In this document: positions 1 through 10,679 of the stretch, piece after piece
How positions within the stretch are numbered: the first letter of the stretch is position 1
How the letters are laid out: the number at the start of each line of letters is the position of its first letter
Assembly: GCA_902624345.1 (NCBI GenBank)
Contig: CACNXI010000001.1
Location: 11,082-75,081 of the forward strand
Reading direction: 5' to 3'
DNA from: an uncultured Pelagibacteraceae bacterium
GTDB taxonomy: Bacteria > Pseudomonadota > Alphaproteobacteria > Pelagibacterales > Pelagibacteraceae
Length of the DNA stretch: 64,000 nt
Notes under the pieces: model-generated
Databases searched by the model: none
What the model was told of the DNA's origin: nothing
What the model saw: the letters and a program-made list of their open reading frames with translations, nothing else
Position numbers and translations under genes: made by a program

Positions 1-2
1 TT

Positions 3-470
3 GATTTTGCAAATTCTGGAGGTTTAGTTTTAGGTATTTGTAATGGATTTCAAATCTTAACAGAAACTGGTCTATTAAAAGGTGTTCTGCAGCAAAATAA
101 AAATATTGAATTTATTTGTAAAAATATATTTGTCAAAGTTAATAACAGTGAAAACAAATTTTTTGAAAATATTGACAAAGATGTTTTAGAACTTCATATA
201 GCTCATAATGAAGGTAACTATTTTTGCACTGAAGATGAATTAAAGTCTTTAGAAGATAACAATCAAATTGCAGCTTACTACTGTAGCTCTGATGGAAAAG
301 TAGATGATAAGTCAAATCCAAACGGTGCAATAAAGAATATTGCTGGAATATTCAATGAAAAGAAAAATATTTTAGGAATGATGCCTCATCCAGAGAGAAT
401 GATAGATCAAAGTTTATCTGGTGAAGATGGTTCAATATTTTTTGAAAATTTATTAAAGAATTTGAAATAA
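3..470 (+). CDS. purQ: Phosphoribosylformylglycinamidine synthase glutaminase subunit PurQ (3' part, runs off window start)
   Basis: Manual translation from base 3 gives ...[12 protein letters not shown]... and ...GMMPHPER... glutamine amidotransferase motifs; TAA overlaps the purL ATG. Confidence 0.95.
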   Translation, partial: DFANSGGLVLGICNGFQILTETGLLKGVLQQNKNIEFICKNIFVKVNNSENKFFENIDKDVLELHIAHNEGNYFCTEDELKSLEDNNQIAAYYCSSDGKVDDKSNPNGAIKNIAGIFNEKKNILGMMPHPERMIDQSLSGEDGSIFFENLLKNLK

Positions 471-2659
471 TGGAAGTAAATGAAAAAATTGCAGTAGATC
501 ACGGTTTAAAACCTGATGAATACAAAAAAATTTGTGACTTGTTAAAGCGTGTACCAAATTTAACAGAACTTGGAATTTTTTCAGCAATGTGGAATGAGCA
601 TTGTTCTTATAAATCTTCAAGATTACATTTAAAGAAATTAAATACTAAGGGTAAAAAGGTAATTCAGGGACCAGGTGAAAATGCTGGCGTGATTGATATT
701 GGAGATGACGATGCAATAGTTTTTAAAATTGAAAGTCATAACCATCCCTCATTCATAGAGCCTTACCAAGGTGCTGCAACAGGTGTTGGTGGAATAATGA
801 GAGATGTTTTTACAATGGGTGCTAGACCAATTGCAAACCTAAATTCAATTCATTTTGGTTCAACACAGCATAAAAAAACTAAAAATTTATTAAGAGGTGT
901 TGTTAAAGGGATTGGAGGCTATGGAAATTGTATTGGAGTTCCAACAATAGCTGGTCAAACCTGTTTTGATCAATCTTATAATGGAAATATCTTGGTAAAT
1001 GCAATGACTTTGGGTTTGGTAAATAAAAATAAAATTTTTTACTCAAAAGCTGCAGGGATAAACAAACCGGTTATATATGTTGGATCGAAAACTGGCAGAG
1101 ATGGTATTCATGGAGCAAGTATGGCATCAGCAATATTTGATGACAAAATAGAGGAAAAAAAACCAACCGTTCAAGTTGGAGATCCATTTACCGAAAAACT
1201 TCTTTTAGAAGCTTGCTTAGAATTAATGTCTGATAAATCGATTATTGCAATTCAAGATATGGGTGCAGCAGGATTAACATCCTCAAGTATTGAAATGGCA
1301 TCAAAAGGAAATTTAGGAATTGAATTACATTTAGATAAAGTTCCTTGCAGAGAAGAAAAAATGACACCATACGAAATTATGTTGTCTGAGAGCCAAGAAA
1401 GAATGTTGATAGTTTTAGAAAATGGGAAGGAAGATAGTGCAAAAAAAATATTTGATAAATGGAACCTAGATTTTGCAGTAATAGGAAAAACTACTAACAC
1501 AAAAAATATTGAACTTTATTTTGAAAAAGAAAAAGTAGCAAATGTCCCAATTAAATTTTTAGCAAATGAAGCTCCTATGTATGATAGACCTTGGAAAAAA
1601 ACAAAGCTCCCTCAAAAAATCAAATTTTCAAACAGTGATTTTAAAAAACTCAAATTTAGTGATGTAATAAAAAAAATGATATCTAATCCAAACGTTTGTT
1701 CAAAGCAATGGATATGGGAACAATATGATCACACTGTAATGGGTGATACAATACAAAAACCTGGCGGTGATGCAGGTGTTGTTAGAGTACATGGTACTAA
1801 AAAAGCAGTAGCCTCTTCAGTTGATTCATCTGCTTCATATTGTTATGCGCATCCATTTACAGGAGGAAAACAAGTTGTTTGTGAAGCGTGGAGAAATTTA
1901 GTTTCAGTCGGTGCTGAACCTATAGCAATAACAAATTGTTTAAACTTTGGAAATCCGGAGAAAAAAGAAAATATGGGGGAATTTGTTGAATGTATAGATG
2001 GAATTAATGAAGCAAGTAAGTATCTAAATTTCCCTGTTGTTTCAGGAAATGTATCTTTTTACAACGAAACAAAAGATAAAGGTATCAAACCTACTCCAAC
2101 AATTGGAGGCGTTGGTTTAATTAAAGATTATAAAAATTTAATGAGTATGAGTTTTAAATCAAAGGGGAATTTAGTTTTAGTTATTGGAAAAACAGAAGGA
2201 AATTTAGATCAAAGTATCTTTGCAAATGTAATTTTAGATGAAAAAAAAGGTCCTCCTCCTGAAATAAATCTATTCAACGAAAAAAACAACGGAGAAACAG
2301 TTCTTAAACTTATTAAAGAAAAACTACCTTTGTCAGTTCACGATGTATCTCTTGGTGGAATAATGATTGGCGCCTTAAAGATGTGTATAGCAGGCAATAT
2401 GGGAATTAAATTTTATAAGTTTAAAAATTTAACAAATATTTATCAATATTTTTTTTCTGAGGATCAGGGAAGATATATTATTGAAGTAGAGAAAAATAAT
2501 CTTAAAAAAGTAGAAAGTATTTTAAAGAAAAACTCTGTGCATTTTGATTTATTAGGAGAAACAACAGATAAAGAGATTATCATAAATAATGAGCCAACTT
2601 TTACAGTGGACAAGGTGACAGAATTTTATAAAGGTTGGCTATATAAATATATGAGTTGA
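470..2659 (+). CDS. purL: Phosphoribosylformylglycinamidine synthase subunit PurL
   Basis: 729 aa; [33 protein letters not shown] motifs. Confidence 0.98.
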   Translation: MEVNEKIAVDHGLKPDEYKKICDLLKRVPNLTELGIFSAMWNEHCSYKSSRLHLKKLNTKGKKVIQGPGENAGVIDIGDDDAIVFKIESHNHPSFIEPYQGAATGVGGIMRDVFTMGARPIANLNSIHFGSTQHKKTKNLLRGVVKGIGGYGNCIGVPTIAGQTCFDQSYNGNILVNAMTLGLVNKNKIFYSKAAGINKPVIYVGSKTGRDGIHGASMASAIFDDKIEEKKPTVQVGDPFTEKLLLEACLELMSDKSIIAIQDMGAAGLTSSSIEMASKGNLGIELHLDKVPCREEKMTPYEIMLSESQERMLIVLENGKEDSAKKIFDKWNLDFAVIGKTTNTKNIELYFEKEKVANVPIKFLANEAPMYDRPWKKTKLPQKIKFSNSDFKKLKFSDVIKKMISNPNVCSKQWIWEQYDHTVMGDTIQKPGGDAGVVRVHGTKKAVASSVDSSASYCYAHPFTGGKQVVCEAWRNLVSVGAEPIAITNCLNFGNPEKKENMGEFVECIDGINEASKYLNFPVVSGNVSFYNETKDKGIKPTPTIGGVGLIKDYKNLMSMSFKSKGNLVLVIGKTEGNLDQSIFANVILDEKKGPPPEINLFNEKNNGETVLKLIKEKLPLSVHDVSLGGIMIGALKMCIAGNMGIKFYKFKNLTNIYQYFFSEDQGRYIIEVEKNNLKKVESILKKNSVHFDLLGETTDKEIIINNEPTFTVDKVTEFYKGWLYKYMS

Positions 2660-2661
2660 TT

Positions 2662-2892
2662 ATGGCAATGGATTTAAAAGAAATTGAAAAAATGATTAAG
2701 GAAGCATTTCCTGATGCTTTGATTGATATTCAAGATCTAGCTGGAGATGGGAACCACTATTCCGCCACAGTGACTTCGTCTCAATTTAAAGGTAAAAATA
2801 AAGTGCAACAACATAAAATGGTGTATGATGCTTTAAAAGGAAAAATGGGAAATGAGCTTCATGCTCTAGCGCTTAAGACAAAGGAAAATTAA
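2662..2892 (+). CDS. bolA: BolA/IbaG family protein
   Basis: GDGNHYSATV...QQHKMVYDAL...LHALAL; directly upstream of a monothiol glutaredoxin; ATG at 2662 preferred over TTG 2656. Confidence 0.92.
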   Translation: MAMDLKEIEKMIKEAFPDALIDIQDLAGDGNHYSATVTSSQFKGKNKVQQHKMVYDALKGKMGNELHALALKTKEN

Positions 2893-3224
2893 TGGATCAA
2901 CAAGTTAAAGAACAAATAGAAAATTCGATAAACAACAGCGATGTTTGCTTATTTATGAAAGGTAGTCCAGATGCTCCACAGTGTGGTTTCTCAATGGCTG
3001 TCTCTAACATCTTAAAAATTTTGGAAGTTAAATATCAAAGTGTTGATGTATTAAAAGATCAAAAAATTCGTGAAGGTATTAAGATATATAGTGAGTGGCC
3101 AACGATCCCTCAACTTTATATTAAAAAAGAATTCATTGGTGGATGTGATATCATCAAAGAAATGTTTGAGAACGGTGAACTTAAAAAAGTTTTTGACGAA
3201 AAAGGTATTGGATATAAAAAATAA
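2892..3224 (+). CDS. grxD: Monothiol glutaredoxin Grx4
   Basis: CGFS active site, WPTIPQLY, GGCDI. Confidence 0.97.
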   Translation: MDQQVKEQIENSINNSDVCLFMKGSPDAPQCGFSMAVSNILKILEVKYQSVDVLKDQKIREGIKIYSEWPTIPQLYIKKEFIGGCDIIKEMFENGELKKVFDEKGIGYKK

Positions 3225-3226
3225 TA

Positions 3227-3844
3227 TTATCTAGAGTAATATTCGATTACTAGATTTGGCTCCATAACAACAGGATAGGGAACTTCTTCAAACTTTGGTG
3301 TTCTCACAAATTTAATTGTTCTTTTCTTTTCATCTACTTGCAAATATTCAGGAATATCTCTTTCTTTGTTAGCTAATGCTATATCAATGATAGCTAATTG
3401 TTTTGATTTATCTTTAATCTCGATAGTGTCTTCTTCACTTAAAAGGTAGCTTGATATGTTTACTTTTTTACCATTCACTTTTACATGTCCATGATTAATA
3501 AACTGTCTTGATGAAAAAATCGTACTAGAAAATTTTGCTCTATAGATAACTGAGTCTAATCTTCTTTCTAGTAATCCTATTAAATTTTCCGCAGTATCTC
3601 CTTTTTTCATAATGGCTTTTCTGTAAACGTTTCTGAATTGTCGCTCATTTATGTTTCCATAATATGATTTTAATTTTTGCTTAGCTTGAAGTTGAGTTCC
3701 GTAGTCTGATAGTTTTGCATTTTTAGATTGTCCATGTTGTCCTGGAGGGTATGCTCTTTTATTGAAAGGGCTTTTTGGTCTTCCCCAAAGGTTAACCTTC
3801 AGTCTTCTATCAATTTTGTGTTTAGAATTTAATCTTTTTGTCAT
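3227..3844 (-). CDS. rpsD: 30S ribosomal protein S4
   Basis: PPGQHG, LERRLD, S4 domain, VIEYYSR C-terminus. Confidence 0.98.
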   Translation of the reverse strand: MTKRLNSKHKIDRRLKVNLWGRPKSPFNKRAYPPGQHGQSKNAKLSDYGTQLQAKQKLKSYYGNINERQFRNVYRKAIMKKGDTAENLIGLLERRLDSVIYRAKFSSTIFSSRQFINHGHVKVNGKKVNISSYLLSEEDTIEIKDKSKQLAIIDIALANKERDIPEYLQVDEKKRTIKFVRTPKFEEVPYPVVMEPNLVIEYYSR

Positions 3845-3856
3845 TTAGTGAAGTGG

Positions 3857-3884
3857 GTTATAAACTTAACATCTTATTTGTCAA
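3857..3884 (-). promoter_or_regulatory. Sigma70-type promoter for rpsD
   Basis: Minus strand TTGACA (3884-3879), 16 bp spacer, TATAAC (3862-3857), 12 bp before the ATG. Confidence 0.7.
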
Positions 3885-4598
3885 TCAACGTTTTTTTCCT
3901 AAACTTGCAAATACACTTGATAAAATACGTGTTTCTTTATCTGAAAGTTCCATTCTATAAAAAATGTTTCTCAAATTTTCAAGCATTATAGGTTTTTTTT
4001 CTTTATGTTTGAAAAAATTAATTTCATTTAGGTTGTTTAGGCATAAATTAATCATCGCTTGAATTTCCTTTTTAGACGCTTTCTTTACCTTTTTTGACTT
4101 TTTAAATTGACTAGATTTGGAATTTAGTAAACCTGAGATGAATTGCGCAATAATTATAAGGCTATGGGATAGATTTAAAGATTTAAAATTTATGTTTGTA
4201 GGTATTTGTAAAGTATAATTTGCATAACTTACTTCTTTATTTGATAAACCTGATGCTTCTGAACCAAATAAAAATCCAATTTTTTTTCTAAAATCTATTT
4301 TTTTTAAACCCTCAAGATTAATATGTTTTACATTTTTGTTTCTAAATCTTGCAGATGTAGCAATTAATATATCAATATCTCCTAAGGAACTTTCTAAATT
4401 ATTAAATACTTTACCTTTTTTTATAATGTCTTTCGCTCCAACAGATGTTGCTAATATCTTATCATTAGGAAAAATAGGTTTTGGATCAATCAAATAAAGT
4501 TTTTGAAAATTAAAATTTTTTATTGCTCTTGCACATGCGCCAATATTTTCTGATAGCTGCGGTTTATGTAAAATAAATGTAACTTTATTCTTGTTCAT
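3885..4598 (-). CDS. SPOUT RNA methyltransferase, TrmJ/LasT family
   Basis: ENIGACARA, FGSEASGLSN, SLNLSHS motifs. Confidence 0.9.
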   Translation of the reverse strand: MNKNKVTFILHKPQLSENIGACARAIKNFNFQKLYLIDPKPIFPNDKILATSVGAKDIIKKGKVFNNLESSLGDIDILIATSARFRNKNVKHINLEGLKKIDFRKKIGFLFGSEASGLSNKEVSYANYTLQIPTNINFKSLNLSHSLIIIAQFISGLLNSKSSQFKKSKKVKKASKKEIQAMINLCLNNLNEINFFKHKEKKPIMLENLRNIFYRMELSDKETRILSSVFASLGKKR

Positions 4599-5459
4599 TT
4601 ATTTGATGCCATGATTTCTATTGTAGTTAGATAATGTTGAAGGATTAATTCCTCTAAGATATTTTTGATCAACATCCCATATAGAAACCTTTAATGGATA
4701 GCACTTTGCAACATCAGACGAATGTTCTGATCCACAGTCTCCACCAGGGCAAGCAGATAAAGCCCCTAATAAATCTGTTTCAGCAAAAAATTCCAAATAA
4801 TCACCAGGTCTTACAGGACTTGACTTCATAAAATATTGCTTAGTGTCGTTAGTAAAGCCAGTAAGCATAAATACATTTAATACATCGTGTACAATTTTTT
4901 CTGCGTCATCTAATTTGATATTTTTCTCTTTAACCAAGGCTCTAGTTAAGTTTGAATGACAACAATAATGATAATCGTTGTTTGATGTTAGTTTATACGT
5001 GTAAGGATCACATCTAGTACCAATAACATCATGGACTGACCCCCCATCTTTGTCGTAACCATACCAATCTAATGTATCCCAAGTAATTGTAGCTAATGAT
5101 CTTAAATATGGGAAACTGCTAAACATTTTGTCTCCAACTGAAATATGTGTTCCATAGAGAGCTCTAGTTTTTCCAGAATAAAACTTTTCATTTAAATTAT
5201 CAGCCTGAAATAAATTTAAATCTCCAACTTGGGGTCCTTCAACACTTTCTATTCTAAAAAAATTACCTGATTTAACATTAAAAGTTTTAGCATCTCTTGG
5301 TGGGATAATGACTTCATCGACTTGTTTTATATGTTTTCTTGCTTCATGTAATATTTCAAGATTATTATTTATGCTTTCATTGGGGTAACAAACAACAGGA
5401 TCTGCTCCTACTCTGCTTTTAATATCAGTAGGTTTCTTAGAGAACTTCTTGATTTTCAT
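4599..5459 (-). CDS. Urea carboxylase-associated family (DUF1989) protein
   Basis: EGPQVGDLN, HDVIGTRCD, CCHSNL, SACPGGDC motifs. Confidence 0.8.
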   Translation of the reverse strand: MKIKKFSKKPTDIKSRVGADPVVCYPNESINNNLEILHEARKHIKQVDEVIIPPRDAKTFNVKSGNFFRIESVEGPQVGDLNLFQADNLNEKFYSGKTRALYGTHISVGDKMFSSFPYLRSLATITWDTLDWYGYDKDGGSVHDVIGTRCDPYTYKLTSNNDYHYCCHSNLTRALVKEKNIKLDDAEKIVHDVLNVFMLTGFTNDTKQYFMKSSPVRPGDYLEFFAETDLLGALSACPGGDCGSEHSSDVAKCYPLKVSIWDVDQKYLRGINPSTLSNYNRNHGIK

Positions 5460-7061
5460 TTATTTACTTGCGGGAGCTTTATCCTTAAATAATTTGAAAT
5501 CTAAACTATCGATAAGAGCTTTAAATGATGCATCAATTATGTTTGGTGAAACACCAATAGTAAACCAATTTTTTCCTTGGGAGTCTGTACTTTCAATAGA
5601 CACTCTTGTGGTAGCTTCAGTTCCTGTGTTTAAAATTCTGACCTTATAGTCAACTAGTTTTAAATCTTTCAAATATTCAGAATATTTTTCTAACTTTGTA
5701 ACATTTTTTCTTATAGCGTTATCTAAAGCATGAACCGGTCCATTACCCTCACCTTCACAGACTATTTGTTCACCATCAACTTCTAATTTTGCTTTTGCTC
5801 TAGAAACAATTTTATCTTGATCATTTTTTGAAACTGAAACGTCATATTCTTTAATTGAGATATATCTTGGAATTTCTCCTATTACTCTTCTAGCTAGTAA
5901 TTCAAAAGAAGCATCAGCTCCATCGTAACTGTAACCAATAAATTCTCTGTCTTTTACTTCTTCCAAAAGTTTTTTAACTTTTGGATCGTTTTCTTCAATT
6001 TCTATTCCAATTGTTTTAAGTCTGGATAAAATATTTGATTTACCAGACTGATCAGAAACAACTATATTTCTATTATTACCAACATCTTCTGGATTTATGT
6101 GCTCATAAGTTTTAGGATCCTTTTGAACAGCAGATACATGTAAACCGCCTTTGTGTGAAAATGCTGCAGCACCTACATATGGCAAATGTTTATTGGGTTT
6201 TCTATTAAGTATTTCGTCAAGTAACCTTGAACATTGTGTAATGTGTTTGATATTTTTTTCTTTAATACTTATTTCAAATTTATCTGATAATTCTTTTTTA
6301 AGATGAAAAGTTGGGATAATTGACATTAAGTTAGCGTTTCCACATCTCTCACCTAAGCCATTTATTGTTCCTTGTATTTGTCTTGCTCCTGATAAAACGG
6401 CTGCGATTGAATTTGCAACAGCATTACCAGTATCATTATGTGCATGAATACCTAAGTTTTCACCAGGAATATGTTCTGAAACTTCTTTAACTATTTTTGT
6501 AACTTCGTGAGGAAGTGTTCCACCATTAGTATCACAAAGAACTATCCATTTAGCACCATTATCAAATGCAGCTTTAATGCAAGCTAAAGCATATTTCGGA
6601 TTTGCTTTGTAACCATCAAAGAAATGTTCTGCATCAAACATGAATTCTTTATTATTTTTTACAAAATGTTTTGTTGTCTCTTTAATATTTTCTAAATTTT
6701 CTTCTTTGGTTATTCCTAATGCGACATCAACATGGAAATCCCATGACTTTCCAACTAGACAAACAGATTTGGTATTTGAATTTAAAATTGCTGACAAACC
6801 TGGATCATTTTCAGCACTTCGTCCAGCTTTCTTTGTCATTCCAAAAGCAGTGAAGGTGGAGTTTTTTAAATCTAAACCTTTCTGAAAAAATTCTGTATCA
6901 GATGGATTGGCACCTGGCCAACCTCCTTCTATATAATCTACACCAAGATCATCTAAAGCATGGGCAATTTTTGTTTTTTCATCAATTGAAAAATGCACAC
7001 CCTGGGTTTGAGCTCCGTCTCTCAATGTTGTATCAAATATGTATAATCGTTCTTTACTCAT
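5460..7061 (-). CDS. cimA: Citramalate synthase (LeuA/CimA family)
   Basis: DTTLRDGAQ, HAHND, GERCGN, HKGGLH; follows cysS with an ATGA overlap at 7058-7061. Confidence 0.9.
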   Translation of the reverse strand: MSKERLYIFDTTLRDGAQTQGVHFSIDEKTKIAHALDDLGVDYIEGGWPGANPSDTEFFQKGLDLKNSTFTAFGMTKKAGRSAENDPGLSAILNSNTKSVCLVGKSWDFHVDVALGITKEENLENIKETTKHFVKNNKEFMFDAEHFFDGYKANPKYALACIKAAFDNGAKWIVLCDTNGGTLPHEVTKIVKEVSEHIPGENLGIHAHNDTGNAVANSIAAVLSGARQIQGTINGLGERCGNANLMSIIPTFHLKKELSDKFEISIKEKNIKHITQCSRLLDEILNRKPNKHLPYVGAAAFSHKGGLHVSAVQKDPKTYEHINPEDVGNNRNIVVSDQSGKSNILSRLKTIGIEIEENDPKVKKLLEEVKDREFIGYSYDGADASFELLARRVIGEIPRYISIKEYDVSVSKNDQDKIVSRAKAKLEVDGEQIVCEGEGNGPVHALDNAIRKNVTKLEKYSEYLKDLKLVDYKVRILNTGTEATTRVSIESTDSQGKNWFTIGVSPNIIDASFKALIDSLDFKLFKDKAPASK

Positions 7062-8419
7062 TTTATTTTCCAAGTTGTTTTATCATCTTTGTCTTCAATT
7101 AAAATACCTTTGTCTAAAAGTTCGTTTCTAATTTCATCAGCTAATTGGTAATTTTTGTTATCTCTAGCTGTATTTCTATCTTTTATCTTTTGTAAAATCT
7201 CTTCCTCTGAAATTTCTAGAATATTCTTTTTAAACTCTTGCCATTTTAATTTTGGCTCATTTAGAAGACCAATAAAATTACATGCTGTTGTAAAAATTTC
7301 TTTGTCTTTGTCAGATCCTTTGGCAGCTTTATCATATAATTTATGAATGTTACTAATATATCCAGGTGTATTTAAATCATCATAGAGAGGAGCTAAATCA
7401 TCATCCGGTATTAACACTTTACCTTCTGGTTTTTTTTGACATTCATACCATTTATCCAAAGTTTTTTTTGATTGTATTAATAAATCCTCACTCCAATCCA
7501 TAGCTTGTTTGTAGTGAGTTGAAATTAAAGCCAGTCTCAAAACTTGACCGTTATATTTTTGAAAGAAATCTTTTATTTTAAAAATGTTTCCTTGTGATTT
7601 TGCCATTTTCTCATTTGCTATTGTAATAAATCCATTATGTATCCAATAGTTTGAAAAGGATTTATTATTATTAGCGCATCTTGACTGTGCAATTTCATTT
7701 TCGTGATGAGGAAATATTAAATCCCTTCCTCCACCATGAATATCAAAAGTATCACCAAGAAATTTTTTTGACATAGCAGAACACTCTAAATGCCAGCCTG
7801 GTCTTCCTTTGCCCCAAGGTGAGTCCCAACTTGGCTCATCTTTATCAGATGGCTTCCACAATACAAAATCTTCGGGATTTTTTTTATTTTCTGAGACCTC
7901 AACTCTAGCTCCTGCTTTTAACTCGTCTATATTTTTATTTGATAATTTTCCATAATCTTTAAAACTAGAAACATCAAAATAAACATGAGAATTTTTTTCA
8001 TAAGCATTTTTATTTTTAAGAAGAACATTGATCATTTCAACCATTAAAGAAATATTCTCTGTCGCCTTGGGCTCAAAGGATGGTTTTTCACAATTTAAAT
8101 AATCACAATCATTGTGAAAACTATTGGTAATATTTTTAGTTAAAACATCTATTGATATTTTTTTTTGTTTTGCGCTTTCAATAATTTTATCGTCTATATC
8201 AGTTATGTTTCGAACATAAGTAACTGATTTATTTCCATACTTGCATTTTAAAACCTTGAACAAAATATCAAAAACCACCAATGGTCTTGCATTACCTATA
8301 TGGGGATCATCGTAAACTGTTGGTCCGCATACATACATTTTTACTTTTTTTGGATCTATCGGTTTAAATATTTCTTTTTTACCGCCAAGACTATTAGTTA
8401 AATATATATCTTTGTTCAT
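7058..8419 (-). CDS. cysS: Cysteine--tRNA ligase
   Basis: YVCGPTVY, HIGN, PGWHLECS, KMAKS. Confidence 0.98.
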   Translation of the reverse strand: MNKDIYLTNSLGGKKEIFKPIDPKKVKMYVCGPTVYDDPHIGNARPLVVFDILFKVLKCKYGNKSVTYVRNITDIDDKIIESAKQKKISIDVLTKNITNSFHNDCDYLNCEKPSFEPKATENISLMVEMINVLLKNKNAYEKNSHVYFDVSSFKDYGKLSNKNIDELKAGARVEVSENKKNPEDFVLWKPSDKDEPSWDSPWGKGRPGWHLECSAMSKKFLGDTFDIHGGGRDLIFPHHENEIAQSRCANNNKSFSNYWIHNGFITIANEKMAKSQGNIFKIKDFFQKYNGQVLRLALISTHYKQAMDWSEDLLIQSKKTLDKWYECQKKPEGKVLIPDDDLAPLYDDLNTPGYISNIHKLYDKAAKGSDKDKEIFTTACNFIGLLNEPKLKWQEFKKNILEISEEEILQKIKDRNTARDNKNYQLADEIRNELLDKGILIEDKDDKTTWKIK

Positions 8420-8464
8420 TATATTAGGAATATACCTTTAATTTAGATTTGTGAATCTATTTGA

Positions 8465-9202
8465 TTAATTAGGAATCTTGCATATTGGAATTGGCTCCAT
8501 TTTATGCAAATTTGCTTTTCTGATTTGAATATATTTATCTCGGTTTTTTGAATTCTCGTTATCCATAGCCTCTTCTATTTCCTTGTATGATAATCCTAGT
8601 TGACCCTCGTCAGTTCTACCATCATCCCAAAGACCATCTGTTGGAGCTGCATTAATAATATCATCAAGTATTTTCAGTTCTCTTCCAAGTTCCCAAACTT
8701 CAGTTTTATTACAATCAGCTATCGGAGATATATCTACACCACCATCACCATATTTTGTATAAAAACCAACTCCAAAGTCTTCAACTTTATTTCCTGTTCC
8801 AACAACTATTCCATTGTTAGCCGCTGCAACTTGATAAAGTGTTGACATTCTCAGTCTTGCTCTTGAATTAGCCATACCATGTTCACTGCTAAAATCTTTC
8901 AGAGTGCTTTCGAATGTTTTAAATAAAGAGTCTAATTCAACTGTATGCCCTTCAACATTCTTAAAATTTTTCTTTAACCATTCTTGGTGCCTTAAGCTTA
9001 AATCATGTTGTGAACCATTTTGTTTTATTGGCATCGATAATACGATTGTTCTTAATCCAGTCATGGCACTAAGTGTACTTGAAACCGAAGAATCAATTCC
9101 TCCTGATATACCAATAACTAATGATTTAGCCTTTACTGGCATTGAATTTACGTAATTTAAAATCCAATCTTTAATAAATATTACTTTTTTAGAAGGTTCC
9201 AT
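8465..9202 (-). CDS. nadE: NH3-dependent NAD+ synthetase
   Basis: SGGIDSS, RARLRM, FYTKYGDGG; no glutaminase domain. Confidence 0.95.
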   Translation of the reverse strand: MEPSKKVIFIKDWILNYVNSMPVKAKSLVIGISGGIDSSVSSTLSAMTGLRTIVLSMPIKQNGSQHDLSLRHQEWLKKNFKNVEGHTVELDSLFKTFESTLKDFSSEHGMANSRARLRMSTLYQVAAANNGIVVGTGNKVEDFGVGFYTKYGDGGVDISPIADCNKTEVWELGRELKILDDIINAAPTDGLWDDGRTDEGQLGLSYKEIEEAMDNENSKNRDKYIQIRKANLHKMEPIPICKIPN

Positions 9203-9239
9203 GATTCAAATATAAGACAAAATTTAAATTTTTAAATGT

Positions 9240-10619
9240 CTAAGATGCCGCTTTAATTGCATTTCTTGCATAGTTGGAATTCTTTTTGATCTCATCTGAG
9301 ATTAAGAAAGCCAATTCTAAAGCTTGATCTGCATTCAATCTAGGGTCACAATGAGTGTGATATCTACTTGATAAATCTTGTTCTGAAATATTTTTTGCAC
9401 CACCTGTACATTCTGTCACATTCTGACCGGTCATTTCTATATGTAATCCACCAGCATAAGAACTCTCACTTTGATGTACTGCAAAAACATTCTTAACTTC
9501 ATTTAATACTTTATTAAACGGTCTTGTTTTAAAACCTGTTGTTGATTTAATTGTATTTCCATGCATTGGATCACATGACCAAATTACATTTAAACCTTCT
9601 TTTTTAATTCTTCTTATCAACTTAGGTAAGAATTTTTCAACTTGATCGTGACCAAACCTAGATATTAAAGTAATTTTACCTTTTTCATTTTTTGGGTTAA
9701 TTACCTCGCAAATTTTTGCAATCTCTTCTGGTTTAGATGTCGGTCCACATTTTATACCAATTGGGTTTTCAATACCTTTGCAAAATTCAACATGTCCTCC
9801 ATCTAATTGTCTTGTTCTATCACCAATCCAGACAAAGTGTGCTGACGTAGCATGGTATTCCCCTGTAGTTGAGTCAACTCTAGCCATACTTTCTTCAAAT
9901 GGTAAGTGCAAAGCCTCATGGGATGTCCAGAAATTTACTGTTTTTAATCTTCTATTGAAATCTGAATTTATTCCACAAGCATCCATAAATGCCAAAGCAT
10001 CTGCAATTTTATCTTCAAGGTCTTTAAATTTTTTAGCTTGAGGACTTTTCTTAATGTAACCTAAATTCCATAAGTGTACATTTTTTAAATCAGCAAAACC
10101 CCCATTAGAAAATGCTCTTAAAAGATTTAATGTTGAAGCAGACTGAGAGTATGCCTTAAATAATCTTTTTGGATCATGTCTTCTAGATTTTTCAGTAAAA
10201 TCAATTCCATTCACATTGTCACCTAAGTAACTTGGTAATTCTTTATCACCCTGTTTTTCAGTTGGTGCACTTCTAGGTTTTGCGAACTGTCCTGCTATTC
10301 TTCCGAGTTTTATAATTGGAAGCGAAGCTGAGTATGTAAGTACCAATGACATTTGAAGAATTACTTTAAATGTATCTCTTATATTGTCAGGGTTAAACTC
10401 AGCAAAACTTTCTGCACAGTCTCCTCCTTGTAAAAGAAAAGCTTTTCCATCAACAACTTGTGAAAGTTGATCTTTAAGATGTCTTGTCTCACCAGCGAAT
10501 ACTAGTGGAGGAAAAGATTTAATTTTACTTAATACCTGATTAAGCTCCTTTTCACTTTCATAAGAAGGAACATGTTTGACAGGATATTTTCTCCAACTGT
10601 TTGGTTTCCAATTTTTCAT
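9240..10619 (-). CDS. Class II DAHP synthase
   Basis: LQGGDCAESF, RIAGQFAKPRS, CDPMHGN, CDPRLN. Confidence 0.96.
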   Translation of the reverse strand: MKNWKPNSWRKYPVKHVPSYESEKELNQVLSKIKSFPPLVFAGETRHLKDQLSQVVDGKAFLLQGGDCAESFAEFNPDNIRDTFKVILQMSLVLTYSASLPIIKLGRIAGQFAKPRSAPTEKQGDKELPSYLGDNVNGIDFTEKSRRHDPKRLFKAYSQSASTLNLLRAFSNGGFADLKNVHLWNLGYIKKSPQAKKFKDLEDKIADALAFMDACGINSDFNRRLKTVNFWTSHEALHLPFEESMARVDSTTGEYHATSAHFVWIGDRTRQLDGGHVEFCKGIENPIGIKCGPTSKPEEIAKICEVINPKNEKGKITLISRFGHDQVEKFLPKLIRRIKKEGLNVIWSCDPMHGNTIKSTTGFKTRPFNKVLNEVKNVFAVHQSESSYAGGLHIEMTGQNVTECTGGAKNISEQDLSSRYHTHCDPRLNADQALELAFLISDEIKKNSNYARNAIKAAS

Positions 10620-10679
10620 AATTCAACCTTAAGATGAATATATAACTAAATTATGACAAAAGAGAATAGTTATTTTTTA

